Of a stretch of 64,000 bases of DNA, positions 30,582 through 40,311 are shown piece by piece (the first letter of the stretch is position 1; each line of letters opens with the position of its first letter). The stretch is from Gemmatimonadota bacterium. Its GTDB lineage: Bacteria; Gemmatimonadota; Gemmatimonadetes; Gemmatimonadales; GWC2-71-9. A program made the position numbers and the translations under genes. Under the pieces are notes generated by a model that saw only the letters and a program-made list of their open reading frames with translations, did not search any database and was not told where the DNA came from. Where the stretch lies: positions 9,466-73,465 of the forward strand of contig QHTZ01000078.1 in the NCBI GenBank assembly GCA_003221005.1, in the 5' to 3' direction.

Positions 30582-32093
30582 ATGGACCTGTTCCGACGCA
30601 AGAGCGTCACCGATCTGCAGGCCGAGGCGCTCACCGACCACAGCCTGAAGCGCGCTCTGGGCGCGCTGAACCTCACGATGCTCGGAATCGGGGCGATCAT
30701 CGGGACCGGCATCTTCGTGCTCACGGGCACGGTTGCGGCGCTCAACGCCGGGCCGGCGGTCGTGCTCTCCTTCGTGCTGGCCGGCGTGGCGTCGATCTTT
30801 GCGGCGCTGTGCTACTCTGAATTCGCCTCCCTCGTGCCCATGGCGGGGAGCGCCTACACCTACGGCTACGCGACCCTCGGGGAGGTCATCGCCTGGATCA
30901 TCGGGTGGGACCTGATCCTCGAGTACGCGCTCGGGGCGGTCACGGTCGCGATCGGCTGGTCGGGCTACGTGGTCTCGTTCCTGCACGATGTCGGCTTTGA
31001 CGTGCCCGGCGCGCTTGCCGCGGCTCGCGGCACAGCGCTGATCGAGGTCCCCGGCGGGGGGTGGCGGGCGGTGACCGACGCGCTGTTGCAGAGTCTCACC
31101 GCGCGCGGCGTCGACCCCAACACGCTGCCGCACGTGACGGCCGTCTTCAACCTGCCGGCGGTGATCATCATCGCGATCATCACTACGCTGCTCGTTATCG
31201 GCATCAAGGAATCGGCCAACGTCAACAACGTCATCGTGTTCGTGAAGGTGGCCGTGGTGCTGCTATTCATCGTTGGGGCGGCGCACGCCATCAACCCGGC
31301 GAACTGGCATCCGTTCATGCCGCCGAACACCGGCGCCCGCGGCGAGTTCGGGTGGACTGGCGTGATGACGGGGGCGGGGATCGTGTTCTTCGCCTACATC
31401 GGCTTCGACGCCGTGAGCACCGCGGCCCAGGAGGCGAAAAACCCGCAGAAGGACATGCCGATCGGCATCATCGGCTCGCTCCTCATCTGTACGGTCCTGT
31501 ACATCCTCGTGTCCGGGATCGCGACGGGCGTGGTGTCGTACAAGGAGCTCAACGTCCCCGACCCGATCGCGGTCGCAGCGGACCACGCGGGGCTCGGGTG
31601 GATGTCCACGCTCATCAAGCTGGGCGCGATCGCCGGACTCTCCTCGGTGATCCTCGTCATGTTGCTCGGGCAATCGCGCGTGTTCTATTCGATGTCGCGG
31701 GACGGCCTCCTCCCGCCATTCGTCAACAAGGTCCACCCGAAGTTCCAGACTCCCTACATCACCTCCATCATCACCGGCATCGCTGTGGCGTTCGTGGCGT
31801 CGCTCCTGACGGTGCGCGAGGCGGGCAGCCTCGTCTCGATCGGCACGCTCCTAGCCTTCGTGATTGTCTCGGTGGGTGTGGTGTTCCTCCGGGTCCGCGA
31901 GCCGGGCCTTGTGCGCCCGTTCAAGACGCCGATCGTGTGGGCCGTGGCGCCGCTGGGAGCGGTCTCGGCGCTGTATCTCATGGTCTCGCTGCCGTGGCGC
32001 ACCTGGGAGCGGTTGATCATCTGGTTCGTCTTCGGGATCGTGATCTACTTCGCGTACGGCGTGCGGAACTCGATGCTCTCGAAGCGGCCCTAG
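30582..32093 (+). CDS. APC family (CAT-like) amino acid permease
   Basis: GAIIGTGIF, GSAYTY, IGWDLILEY, FFAYIGFDAVST. Confidence 0.95.
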   Translation: MDLFRRKSVTDLQAEALTDHSLKRALGALNLTMLGIGAIIGTGIFVLTGTVAALNAGPAVVLSFVLAGVASIFAALCYSEFASLVPMAGSAYTYGYATLGEVIAWIIGWDLILEYALGAVTVAIGWSGYVVSFLHDVGFDVPGALAAARGTALIEVPGGGWRAVTDALLQSLTARGVDPNTLPHVTAVFNLPAVIIIAIITTLLVIGIKESANVNNVIVFVKVAVVLLFIVGAAHAINPANWHPFMPPNTGARGEFGWTGVMTGAGIVFFAYIGFDAVSTAAQEAKNPQKDMPIGIIGSLLICTVLYILVSGIATGVVSYKELNVPDPIAVAADHAGLGWMSTLIKLGAIAGLSSVILVMLLGQSRVFYSMSRDGLLPPFVNKVHPKFQTPYITSIITGIAVAFVASLLTVREAGSLVSIGTLLAFVIVSVGVVFLRVREPGLVRPFKTPIVWAVAPLGAVSALYLMVSLPWRTWERLIIWFVFGIVIYFAYGVRNSMLSKRP

Positions 32094-32105
32094 GGTCGCC
32101 GGGCC

Positions 32106-32897
32106 ATGCCGCGCTGGCTGAAGTGGTGTGGCTTGTGGACGCTGCTGGGGGTCGTGTCGAGCCTCCCCGCCGGGCCGCACCGCTGGGGGCAGGCACTCGC
32201 CGCGAGCCTGCCGGCCTGGTATCTGTGGGGACTGCTCTCACCGGTCGTGGCGTGGCTCGCGCGGCGCTTTCGGGTGGACCGAGCCAGCTTCGGCCGCTAC
32301 TTCTTCATCCACCTCGGGGCGAGCCTCGATCTCGCGCTGCTGCATCTCGTTGCCGCGGTAGGGGTGCAGGACCTGCTGCACGCGGCGGCGGGCGAGCCGT
32401 ATCCCTTCGCGCAGAAGCTGGTGGACACCTTTACGGTCCTCTATCACTGGAATGTCCTCACCTATTGGGCGATCCTCGCGGTGGTGCACGCGCACGACTA
32501 CCATCGCGACCTCGAGGCGCGTCGCGCGCTGTCCGCGCCGCTCGAGCCGCGGTTTGCCGAGCGCGGGCCGGCCCATCGTCTCCTCGTCGAAGACGGGGGG
32601 CGCAGCGTGTTCGTGCGCACCGAGGAGGTCGACTGGGTCGAAGCGGCGAAGAACTACGTGCGCCTCCACGTCGGTGAGCGCACGCACCTCGTACGCACGA
32701 CCCTCACGGCGCTCGAGCGCCGGCTCGACCCGCAGCGATTTCGCCGCGTCAGTCGTTCGGCGCTCGTGAACCTGGACCGGGTGCGGGAGCTGCAACCCTG
32801 GTTCCACGGAGACGCGATCGTCGTGCTGCACACGGGCGCCCAGGTCACCCTCAGTCGGCGCTACCGCCACAACCTGCTCGAGCCGGCCGCGCCCTAA
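32106..32897 (+). CDS. Membrane-anchored LytTR DNA-binding protein
   Basis: About four TM helices, then WVEAAKNYVRLH...LDPQRFRRVSRSALVN...LSRRY (LytTR); no receiver or kinase domain. Confidence 0.85.
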   Translation: MPRWLKWCGLWTLLGVVSSLPAGPHRWGQALAASLPAWYLWGLLSPVVAWLARRFRVDRASFGRYFFIHLGASLDLALLHLVAAVGVQDLLHAAAGEPYPFAQKLVDTFTVLYHWNVLTYWAILAVVHAHDYHRDLEARRALSAPLEPRFAERGPAHRLLVEDGGRSVFVRTEEVDWVEAAKNYVRLHVGERTHLVRTTLTALERRLDPQRFRRVSRSALVNLDRVRELQPWFHGDAIVVLHTGAQVTLSRRYRHNLLEPAAP

Positions 32898-32948
32898 CCC
32901 GTTCGTCCCGCCCCGAGTCCCGCTCGTCCCGCTCGCGTTCGCTCGCAG
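32898..32948 (+). repeat. Imperfect C-rich ~9-mer array (CCCGYTCGT)
   Basis: cccgttcgt cccgccccgagt cccgctcgt cccgctcgc. Confidence 0.55.
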
Positions 32949-32973
32949 GGGTTGCGGCGCGAAATTCGGAGAC

Positions 32974-34473
32974 GTGTCCCTCTTCGCTACCAAGCCCATC
33001 GCCGCGCTCCGCGCCGAGGCGGAGACGATGTCCGAGCGGTCGCTGCGCCGCACGCTCGGACCGCTGCACCTCACGGCGCTCGGCGTGGGCGCGATTATCG
33101 GCGCTGGGATCTTCGTTCTCACTGGGGTCGCGGCCGCCCTGTACGCGGGGCCGGCGGTGCCCGTCTCCATGGTGGTCGCCGGGGTCGCCTGCGGATTCGC
33201 GGGGCTGTGCTACGCCGAGATGGCGAGCGCGGTCCCGGTGGCGGGGAGTGCCTACACGTACGCGTACGCCACGCTGGGAGAGATCGTCGCGTGGATCATC
33301 GGCTGGGATCTGATCCTCGAGTACGCCATGGGTGCGGCGACCGTGGGTGTCGGTTGGTCCGCCACGTTCGTGAGCTTCCTCAGGCTGGTCGGTATCGACG
33401 TTCCCGGTTCACTCGCGAGCGCTCCCTTGGCGTTCTGCACCGCCACCCAGGCGGCCCGCGGGGTGGGGGGCTGCGCCACGGCAGGCTGGCACGCCACGGG
33501 GGCGCTGCTCAACCTCCCCGCGGTCTTCATTATCCTCGCCATCACCGCGATCCTCGTCATCGGCATCCGCGAGTCGGCGCGGTTCAACAGCCTGATCGTG
33601 ATCGTGAAGACCGCGGTGCTGCTCGTGTTCGTGGTCGCGGGCTACCGGTACGTGCAGGCCGCGAACTGGCAGCCGTTCATTCCGCCCAATACCGGGGTGT
33701 TCGGCGAGTTCGGCTGGTCGGGAGTGCTCCGGGGCTCGGGGCTGATCTTTTTCGCGTACATCGGCTTCGACGCGGTGAGCACGGCCGCCCAGGAGGCGCG
33801 TAATCCCCAGAAGGACATGCCGGTGGGCATCCTCGCGTCGCTCGGCATTTGCACGCTCCTGTATTGCCTGGTGTCCCTCGTGCTGACCGGCATGATCTCG
33901 TACAAGGAGCTGAACGTGCCGTCCCCCGTGATCATGGTGGTCGAGCGCGTGCCACAGCTCGCCTGGTTCCGGCCGGTGATAACGCTCGGCGCGGTGCTGG
34001 GCCTCGGCTCGACGATCCTCGTGATGTTGCTGGGCCAATCGCGCGTCTTCTATGCGATGTCCCGCGACGGCCTGCTCGGCGGCTGGGCGGGGAGGGTGCA
34101 TCCGCGATTTCGGACGCCCTACCTGTCGACGATCTACACCGGGATCGCGGTCGCGGCGTTCACCGGCCTGTTCCCGATCCAGATTCTCGGCCAGCTGGTG
34201 AACATCGGCACCCTGCTCGCGTTCGTGCTGGTGTGCGCCGGCGTGTGGATCCTGCGGCACACGCGACCCGATCTCGAGCGACCATTTCGCGCGCCCCTCG
34301 TGCCGCTCGTTCCCATCCTCGGCATCCTGTCGTGTCTCGGTCTCATGCTGACGCTCCCCTTGGACACATGGATCCGCCTGCTCGTGTGGCTCGTGATCGG
34401 GTTCGCGATCTACTTCGCGTACGGGCGGAAGCACAGCTTCCTCACTGCCAAAGATGTCGAGGAGAGGCGTTGA
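32974..34473 (+). CDS. APC family amino acid permease (paralog of 30582..32093)
   Basis: GAIIGAGIF, GSAYTY, IGWDLILEY, FFAYIGFDAVST. Confidence 0.95.
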   Translation: MSLFATKPIAALRAEAETMSERSLRRTLGPLHLTALGVGAIIGAGIFVLTGVAAALYAGPAVPVSMVVAGVACGFAGLCYAEMASAVPVAGSAYTYAYATLGEIVAWIIGWDLILEYAMGAATVGVGWSATFVSFLRLVGIDVPGSLASAPLAFCTATQAARGVGGCATAGWHATGALLNLPAVFIILAITAILVIGIRESARFNSLIVIVKTAVLLVFVVAGYRYVQAANWQPFIPPNTGVFGEFGWSGVLRGSGLIFFAYIGFDAVSTAAQEARNPQKDMPVGILASLGICTLLYCLVSLVLTGMISYKELNVPSPVIMVVERVPQLAWFRPVITLGAVLGLGSTILVMLLGQSRVFYAMSRDGLLGGWAGRVHPRFRTPYLSTIYTGIAVAAFTGLFPIQILGQLVNIGTLLAFVLVCAGVWILRHTRPDLERPFRAPLVPLVPILGILSCLGLMLTLPLDTWIRLLVWLVIGFAIYFAYGRKHSFLTAKDVEERR

Positions 34474-34565
34474 AGAGAAACGTCGAGGGTGAGGCGTAGC
34501 GAGCGACGTATTCTCTCAACGCTTCTTCTTGACGGTTTTCCTCGACGCCTTTCCTTGACGTAGTT
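34450..34565. repeat. Inverted pair of 13-mer tandem arrays
   Basis: Left aaagatgtcgagg/agaggcgttgaag/agaaacgtcgagg; right tctcaacgcttct/tcttgacggtttt/cctcgacgccttt/ccttgacgtagtt. Confidence 0.75.
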
Positions 34566-34571
34566 TTATGC

Positions 34572-35603
34572 ATGACCGTCCCCATTCCCCCCGACCGCGT
34601 GCGTGGTGCGCAGGAAATCGCCGCGGTGCTCACGCCCGGCCGCAAGGTTGCCTTGACGACGCACGTCAATGCAGACGGTGACGGCGTGGGCAGCGAAGTC
34701 GCGCTGTGGCACCTGCTCACCGCGCGCCGCCTGGCCCCCGTGATCGGCAACCCGACGCCTATCCCTTCACGGTTCGACTTTCTCGTCCCGAGTGGCGCCG
34801 ACCGCTCCGATCGTGCCGCGAAGGAGATCGAGGCGGCGGACGTGGTCGTGGTGCTGGACATTTCGGACCTCTCGCGCCTGGGGGATTTGGCGTCGGCGGT
34901 CAAGAAGACGCGCGGGCCGACGGTGTGCATCGACCATCACGTCAGCCCTCCCCGCGGCGCGATGCCCGGAGGTCCCCGCCTCATCGCCCCCGAGGCGTCC
35001 GCCACGGCGGAGCTCGTGTTCGACCTCGCCACCGCGCTCACCTGGGAGCTCACGCCCGAAGTCGCCCGCGCGCTCTACGTGGGCATCCTGACCGACACCG
35101 GCGCGTTCCGGTTCGCGAACACCACGCCGCGGGTGCTTCAGGTCGCGAGCGCGCTGCTGGGCGGGGGGCAGGGCCTCGATCCCGAGTCCATCTATGAATC
35201 GGTGTATGCCAGCGCCCCGGAGGGCCGGATCCGGCTCACCGCCGAGGTGCTCCAGACGCTGGTCGTCGAGCCGGATGTGGGGCTCGCCTGGGTCACGGTC
35301 CCCCCGGACGCCCTGGCCCGCCACGGTGCCACGCCCGACGATCTCGACGGCATCGTGGAGTTCCCCCGCTCGATCGCCGGGGTGCGGCTGGCGCTCCTGT
35401 TCCGGCAACTCGCGAACGGGCGGATCAAGGTGTCGTTCCGGTCGCTCGGGAACGTGGATTCCGCGGCGCTGGCGCACGAGTTCGCTGGCGGCGGCCATCG
35501 CAAGGCCGCGGGAGCGTCGCTGGAGGGCTCGCTCGCCACGGTGCAGCAGCGGGTGCTGGACGCCGCGCGGCGCCATTTGCGACTCCAGCCCGCTGGGTCT
35601 TGA
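34572..35603 (+). CDS. nrnA: DHH/DHHA1 phosphoesterase (nanoRNase/pAp phosphatase)
   Basis: HVNADGDG, IDHH, TDTGAF, GGGHRKAAG. Confidence 0.9.
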   Translation: MTVPIPPDRVRGAQEIAAVLTPGRKVALTTHVNADGDGVGSEVALWHLLTARRLAPVIGNPTPIPSRFDFLVPSGADRSDRAAKEIEAADVVVVLDISDLSRLGDLASAVKKTRGPTVCIDHHVSPPRGAMPGGPRLIAPEASATAELVFDLATALTWELTPEVARALYVGILTDTGAFRFANTTPRVLQVASALLGGGQGLDPESIYESVYASAPEGRIRLTAEVLQTLVVEPDVGLAWVTVPPDALARHGATPDDLDGIVEFPRSIAGVRLALLFRQLANGRIKVSFRSLGNVDSAALAHEFAGGGHRKAAGASLEGSLATVQQRVLDAARRHLRLQPAGS

Positions 35604-35654
35604 GCGAGGGAAGGGGCGGGTCGGGCCGGCGAGCGTTATACTCCTCAGGACGCC

Positions 35655-35930
35655 GTGCCGACCCCGTCTCGACTGTCGTTCCGCGTCGCACTCCTCTTGG
35701 CCGCCGCGCCGCTCCCCGTCCCGGCCCAGTCGCCCGTCTCCGCTGCGACCGGCCGCATTGCCTACGACGCAGAGGTCGGCCTCGGCGTGCGCGCTAATGC
35801 GGGCACGATCATTAAGGCGAGCTACCGGCACTCCTGGTGGCACGGAGCCGCGCTACGGGATGGCTACGCCCTCGCCCTTCAGGTCTCCTACCACGTCGAC
35901 GTGATGGACTTGTTCGAGCGCAAGCGCTAG
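35655..35930 (+). CDS. Short secreted hypothetical protein, possibly an internally deleted outer-membrane protein
   Basis: Signal peptide (PAQ) followed by only about three beta strands; TATACT at 35637-35642. Confidence 0.5.
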   Translation: MPTPSRLSFRVALLLAAAPLPVPAQSPVSAATGRIAYDAEVGLGVRANAGTIIKASYRHSWWHGAALRDGYALALQVSYHVDVMDLFERKR

Positions 35931-35936
35931 GGGATC

Positions 35937-36536
35937 GTGCTACCCCTGCTCATCGCAGGCCTCACGCTCACGGCCGCGCCAGCAGACAGCGCGGACTCGG
36001 TCGTCTACGTGCTCACCGCACTGAGCCGCTTCGAGGTGCGGGTGGGGAAGTCCGGGATGTTCGGGTTCCTCGGGCACGATCATCTCATCCGCGCGCATGC
36101 CGCCCGCGGTCGCGTCGTGTACCATCCGGTCGTGCCGGCCGACTCGCGGGTCGAGATCGTGGTGCTCGCGGACAGCCTGGAAGTCCTGACGCCTCCCGAC
36201 ACCGCCGAGCTCCGCCAGGTGACCGAGGTGATGCGGACCCAGGTGCTCGGCGTCCGCGATCACCCCGAGATCGTCTTCACGGCGCGGGAGGTGACGCCGA
36301 TCGCCGGAGGGGTTCGCGTGCGGGGCGCGTTCACGCTGGTGGGCGTGACCCGCGACGTGGTCGCCGATGTCGCCCTCACCGTCGGAGCCGACACCTTGTG
36401 GGCAACGGGCAAGTTCGCGGTGAAGCAGACGGACTTCGGGATCAGACCGGTGCGGGCCGGCGGGGGCACCGTGCGCGTTGCCGACCGTGTCGCCATCGAG
36501 TTCGCGGTGGTCGCCGTGCGCGAGCCCGGCGACTGA
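35937..36536 (+). CDS. YceI family lipid/polyisoprenoid-binding protein
   Basis: Signal peptide; GHDHLI, HPEIVF, GAFTLVGVTR, KQTDFGIRP. Confidence 0.85.
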   Translation: MLPLLIAGLTLTAAPADSADSVVYVLTALSRFEVRVGKSGMFGFLGHDHLIRAHAARGRVVYHPVVPADSRVEIVVLADSLEVLTPPDTAELRQVTEVMRTQVLGVRDHPEIVFTAREVTPIAGGVRVRGAFTLVGVTRDVVADVALTVGADTLWATGKFAVKQTDFGIRPVRAGGGTVRVADRVAIEFAVVAVREPGD

Positions 36537-36538
36537 CC

Positions 36539-37021
36539 TCAGGGGCGCAGCTGGCGCTGGATCGCGTCGGCCACGTCGTGCGCGCACTCGACCAGCGCCC
36601 ACATGGGCCTGATCCCTTCCTCCAGCACCGATGCGACGATCTCCCCGATGCGCCGGCCGGTGTGCGCGTCCCGCAGCTCGCTGCGCAGCGTGCAGCCGGT
36701 TACGCCCGGACCCTCGAGCTGAAGGGTGAAGGGCATGCCTCTGAACCCCTCCAGGGCGCTCGTGACCAGGAGCGCTGCAACCGTCGTGTCGGGCGGCGGC
36801 GCTGCGGCAACCGTGAGGCCGTGCGACTGCAGCCGCGCGGCGAGCTGCGTGCGCAGGGAATCGGTGACGTTGAGGTTGAAGCGGGAGCCTGTTTCGTCGG
36901 TGACCGGCCCCACGACGAAAACGCGATAACCCTTGAGCGAAGCGCCGGGCTCGAGCATGACTTGAGGACGCACCGGGGTGCAGGCGCTCACCACCAAGAG
37001 CAGAGCCGTTCTCCATTTCAT
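36539..37021 (-). CDS. Hypothetical lipoprotein
   Basis: MKWRTALLLVVSAC lipobox. Confidence 0.65.
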   Translation of the reverse strand: MKWRTALLLVVSACTPVRPQVMLEPGASLKGYRVFVVGPVTDETGSRFNLNVTDSLRTQLAARLQSHGLTVAAAPPPDTTVAALLVTSALEGFRGMPFTLQLEGPGVTGCTLRSELRDAHTGRRIGEIVASVLEEGIRPMWALVECAHDVADAIQRQLRP

Positions 37022-37065
37022 GCATTGGGAGAACCCGCGGACCGGCAGCGTGGTTCCATCTCTCG

Positions 37066-37095
37066 TTGACCCCCTCCCGCGCGAGCGGGTACATT
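37066..37095 (+). promoter_or_regulatory. Leaderless sigma70 promoter of mrp
   Basis: TTGACC-N18-TACATT-N7-GTG. Confidence 0.65.
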
Positions 37096-37102
37096 CCCGC
37101 CG

Positions 37103-38197
37103 GTGGCCGCTTCCAACACACTCCAGGCGCAGGTCGAGCGCGCCCTCGCCAAGCTCCCGAACCCCCGCCTCGCCAAGGACGTCGTCTCGGCCGGGATGGT
37201 GAAGGACCTCGCCGTGGATGGCGGGGCGGTCACGTTCACGTTTCTCCTCGCCCGCGATGACCCCGGGACGCTGGTGCGCGAGGCGCGCAAGACGGTGAAG
37301 GCCGTGCCGGGCGTGACCGCCGTGACGATCAACGTGAAGGACTCGGGAGGAGGGACGGGGGAGGGGGGACGAGTCGCCGCGGCGACGGCCGCGGCCCGTG
37401 GCGGCGTGCCGCCCCCACCCACGCCCATCGAGCAACCCAATCTCGGTGCGGCCCTCGCGATCTCGTCCGGCAAGGGCGGGGTCGGGAAGTCCACCGTTTC
37501 CGCCAACCTCGCCGCCGCCCTGGCGCGCGACGGCCACCGCGTCGGACTGATGGACGCCGACATCTACGGCCCCAACATCCCCCGGATGATGGGGGTGGGG
37601 GGAGGCCGGAAGCCGGAAGTTCACGGCGGCAGGATCCAGCCGCTCGAGGGACACGGCGTCAAGCTGATGTCGCTCGGCTTCCTGGTCGAGCGCGACGCGC
37701 CCGCCATCTGGCGGGGTCCGATCATCATGAAGGTCATCCAGCAGTTCCTGCGGGAGGTGGCGTGGGGCGAGCTGGACTACTTCCTCATCGACCTCCCGCC
37801 CGGCACGGGAGACGCCCAGCTGTCCCTGGCGCAATCGATCACGCTCCGGGGTGCCATCATCGTCACGACGCCGCAGGAGATGGCGGTCGGCGACAGCCTG
37901 CGCGGCGCGAAGATGTTCGAGCGCGTGGGCGTGCCCGTGGTCGGCGTGGTCGAGAACATGAGTTACTACATCTGCCCGCATTGCGGCGAGCGCACCGAGA
38001 TCTTTCTCACGGGCGGTGGTGAGCGGCTTGCGCGCGAGCTCGACGTGCCGCTGCTCGGCCAGGTGCCCCTGCAGGCGCGCATGGCGGACTTCGCGGACGC
38101 CGGCAAGCCGATTGTGCTGGCCGAGCCGTCGTCTCCCGCCGGCGTGGCGCTCGCGGAGATCGCCGCGCGGTTGAGCCAGCGGCTCGCCGCGCGCTGA
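37103..38197 (+). CDS. mrp: Mrp/ApbC Fe-S cluster carrier ATPase
   Basis: SGKGGVGKST, DADIYGP, WRGP, DLPPGTGD, ENMS..CPHC. Confidence 0.95.
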   Translation: MAASNTLQAQVERALAKLPNPRLAKDVVSAGMVKDLAVDGGAVTFTFLLARDDPGTLVREARKTVKAVPGVTAVTINVKDSGGGTGEGGRVAAATAAARGGVPPPPTPIEQPNLGAALAISSGKGGVGKSTVSANLAAALARDGHRVGLMDADIYGPNIPRMMGVGGGRKPEVHGGRIQPLEGHGVKLMSLGFLVERDAPAIWRGPIIMKVIQQFLREVAWGELDYFLIDLPPGTGDAQLSLAQSITLRGAIIVTTPQEMAVGDSLRGAKMFERVGVPVVGVVENMSYYICPHCGERTEIFLTGGGERLARELDVPLLGQVPLQARMADFADAGKPIVLAEPSSPAGVALAEIAARLSQRLAAR

Positions 38198-38199
38198 CC

Positions 38200-39546
38200 G
38201 TGCCGGTCGTCGGCGGGGGGACCGTCCCGGGCGTCCTCACCGTCGGTCCGCTGCAGCGCGCCATCCTGCGTCTCGCGGCGCCCGCCGTCGCGATGATGGC
38301 GTGCCACTTCTGCTTCAACCTCATCGACAGCATCTGGGTGGGGCGCCTGATCGGCCCTGCGGCGCTCGCCGCCGTGTCCACCGGCGGGTTCTACGTCTGG
38401 ATCCTGCTGAGCCTGGGGGAGATGGTGGAGGTCGGGCTGATCGCCGTCGCGGCCCGCCGGCACGGCGAGGGGTTGCCCGAGGCCGCGGCGCGCGCGGCGG
38501 GGGCGGCGGTGCTGTACGCGCTTGGCGCCGGAGCGGCCGTGAGCCTGCTCGGCCTCGCGCTCACCGACGCGCTGTTCCGACTGATGACGGTGCCCCCTGA
38601 GGTCGCGCGCCTGGGGCACGAGTATCTCGCGACCTGGCTGCTGGGCGGTCCGCTTGTGTTCGGGTTCTTCGCGGTCGAGGCGACGTTCCGCGCCTCGGGC
38701 GACACGCGCACGCCGTTCCTCCTGCTCGCCGCCTCGGTGCTGCTCTCGGTCGGGCTCGACCCCCTGCTGATCGCGGGGCTGGGTCCCTTCCCGAAGCTGG
38801 GCGTCGAGGGGGCGGCCACCGCGTCCGTGATGGTGCGAGGCGGCGGGTTCCTCATCGGCGTGGTGATCGCGCTCGAGCGCGGGCTGATCAGGCTGCGCGC
38901 GCCTGATTGGCGCGCCGTGCCGGCCGTTTTCCGGATCGGCGCGCCGCTGTCGCTCGCCGGGGTGTTGCTCTCGGTGATCTACATGTGGCTGACCCGCTTC
39001 ACCTCGCGCTTCGGTACGCCGGCGCTCGCAGCGCTCGGCGTCGGACACAAGGTGGAAGGGCTGGGATTCATCGCCATCTCGGGGTTCGCCCTCTCGGCGA
39101 GCGCGCTCGTGGGACAGAATTTGGGCGCGGGGCTGGAGCAGCGCGCCCGGCAGGCCGTGCGGCTAACGATCCGCTACTGTTTGGTCGTGACGGTCACGAC
39201 CGCCGTAGCCTTTCTCACGCTGCCGGGCACCTTGGTCGCGCTGTTCACGTCCGATCCGGCGGTGATCGCGGACGGGAGCCTGTACCTGCGGGTGATCGCG
39301 TTCGCGCAGATCGGGCAGACGTTCGAGATCATCCTCGAGGGCGCACTCGCGGGCGCGGGGTACACGTTCTGGCCGCAGCTCGCGAGCACCTCGCTCACCC
39401 TGACGCGCGTCCCACTGGCGGCGTGGTGGTCCGCGACCTTCGGGCTGCTCGGTATCTGGCTGGCGCTGTCGGTGACGGCGGTGGCGCGCGGAGTGGCGAT
39501 GACGGTCTTCTGGCGCAGCGGGAGGTGGCAGGGGAGAAGGGTCTGA
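38200..39546 (+). CDS. MATE family efflux transporter
   Basis: IDSIWVGRL, GDTRTPF, GVEGAATA, GQNLGAG; about 12 TMs. Confidence 0.92.
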   Translation: MPVVGGGTVPGVLTVGPLQRAILRLAAPAVAMMACHFCFNLIDSIWVGRLIGPAALAAVSTGGFYVWILLSLGEMVEVGLIAVAARRHGEGLPEAAARAAGAAVLYALGAGAAVSLLGLALTDALFRLMTVPPEVARLGHEYLATWLLGGPLVFGFFAVEATFRASGDTRTPFLLLAASVLLSVGLDPLLIAGLGPFPKLGVEGAATASVMVRGGGFLIGVVIALERGLIRLRAPDWRAVPAVFRIGAPLSLAGVLLSVIYMWLTRFTSRFGTPALAALGVGHKVEGLGFIAISGFALSASALVGQNLGAGLEQRARQAVRLTIRYCLVVTVTTAVAFLTLPGTLVALFTSDPAVIADGSLYLRVIAFAQIGQTFEIILEGALAGAGYTFWPQLASTSLTLTRVPLAAWWSATFGLLGIWLALSVTAVARGVAMTVFWRSGRWQGRRV

Positions 39547-40289
39547 TGCCGGCGATTATCACGCTGCTCACCGATTTCGGCACTGCCGACAGCTACGTGG
39601 GCGAGGTGCGCGCCGTGCTCGCCTCGCAGGCGAATCCGGCGCTGCTCGTCGACATCACGCACGAGGTGCCGCCCGGGGACATCCGCGCGGCCCAATACAT
39701 CTTCTCGCGGGTGTGGCACCGCTTCCCGCGAGGCACCGTGCACCTGGTCGTGGTCGATCCCGGCGTGGGGACGGCGCGGCGCGCGCTCGCGGCCGAGACT
39801 GCGGGACAGTTCTTCGTCGCGCCCGACAACGGTCTGCTCTCATCGCTCCCGGCTGGCGCGCGCTTCGTGGCCCTCCCTGTGCCGGTGGGTGCCGCGCCGA
39901 CGTTTCACGCGCGCGACGTCTTTGCCCCCGCTGCCGCGCAGCTCGCGAATGGGACCGCACCGGCGCATCTCGGCCACGCCATCACTGACCCCGTGCGCAC
40001 ACCACTGCCCGCGGCGCGGCTGGACGGAGGAGTTTGGGTGGGGGAAGTGATCTACATCGACCGTTTCGGCACGCTGATCACCAACGTTCCCGGCGGAGAC
40101 GTGAAGCCCGGGGCCCGCGTGAGGATTGGCGGTGCGGAGGTGAGCGCGCTGCGTCGCACGTTCGGCGATGTGCCGCGCGGTGAGGTCGTCGCTTTCGTCG
40201 GGAGCGGCGGGACAGTGGAGATCGCGGTGCGGGATGGGAGTGCGGCGAAAGTTCTTGGCGTGGGCGTGGGAGTGGAAATCAGAGCATGA
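39546..40289 (+). CDS. SAM hydroxide adenosyltransferase (DUF62; chlorinase/fluorinase family)
   Basis: ITLLTDFG, VVDPGVGT.RR, APDNGLL, TFHARDVFAP, IDRFG. Confidence 0.93.
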   Translation: MPAIITLLTDFGTADSYVGEVRAVLASQANPALLVDITHEVPPGDIRAAQYIFSRVWHRFPRGTVHLVVVDPGVGTARRALAAETAGQFFVAPDNGLLSSLPAGARFVALPVPVGAAPTFHARDVFAPAAAQLANGTAPAHLGHAITDPVRTPLPAARLDGGVWVGEVIYIDRFGTLITNVPGGDVKPGARVRIGGAEVSALRRTFGDVPRGEVVAFVGSGGTVEIAVRDGSAAKVLGVGVGVEIRA

Positions 40290-40311
40290 GGCGGCAGGGG
40301 CGGCACACCAC

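Noticed and set aside
39546-40289. Fluorinase/chlorinase
   Set aside because: Length and motifs fit the widespread DUF62 SAM hydrolase; no halometabolite cluster nearby.
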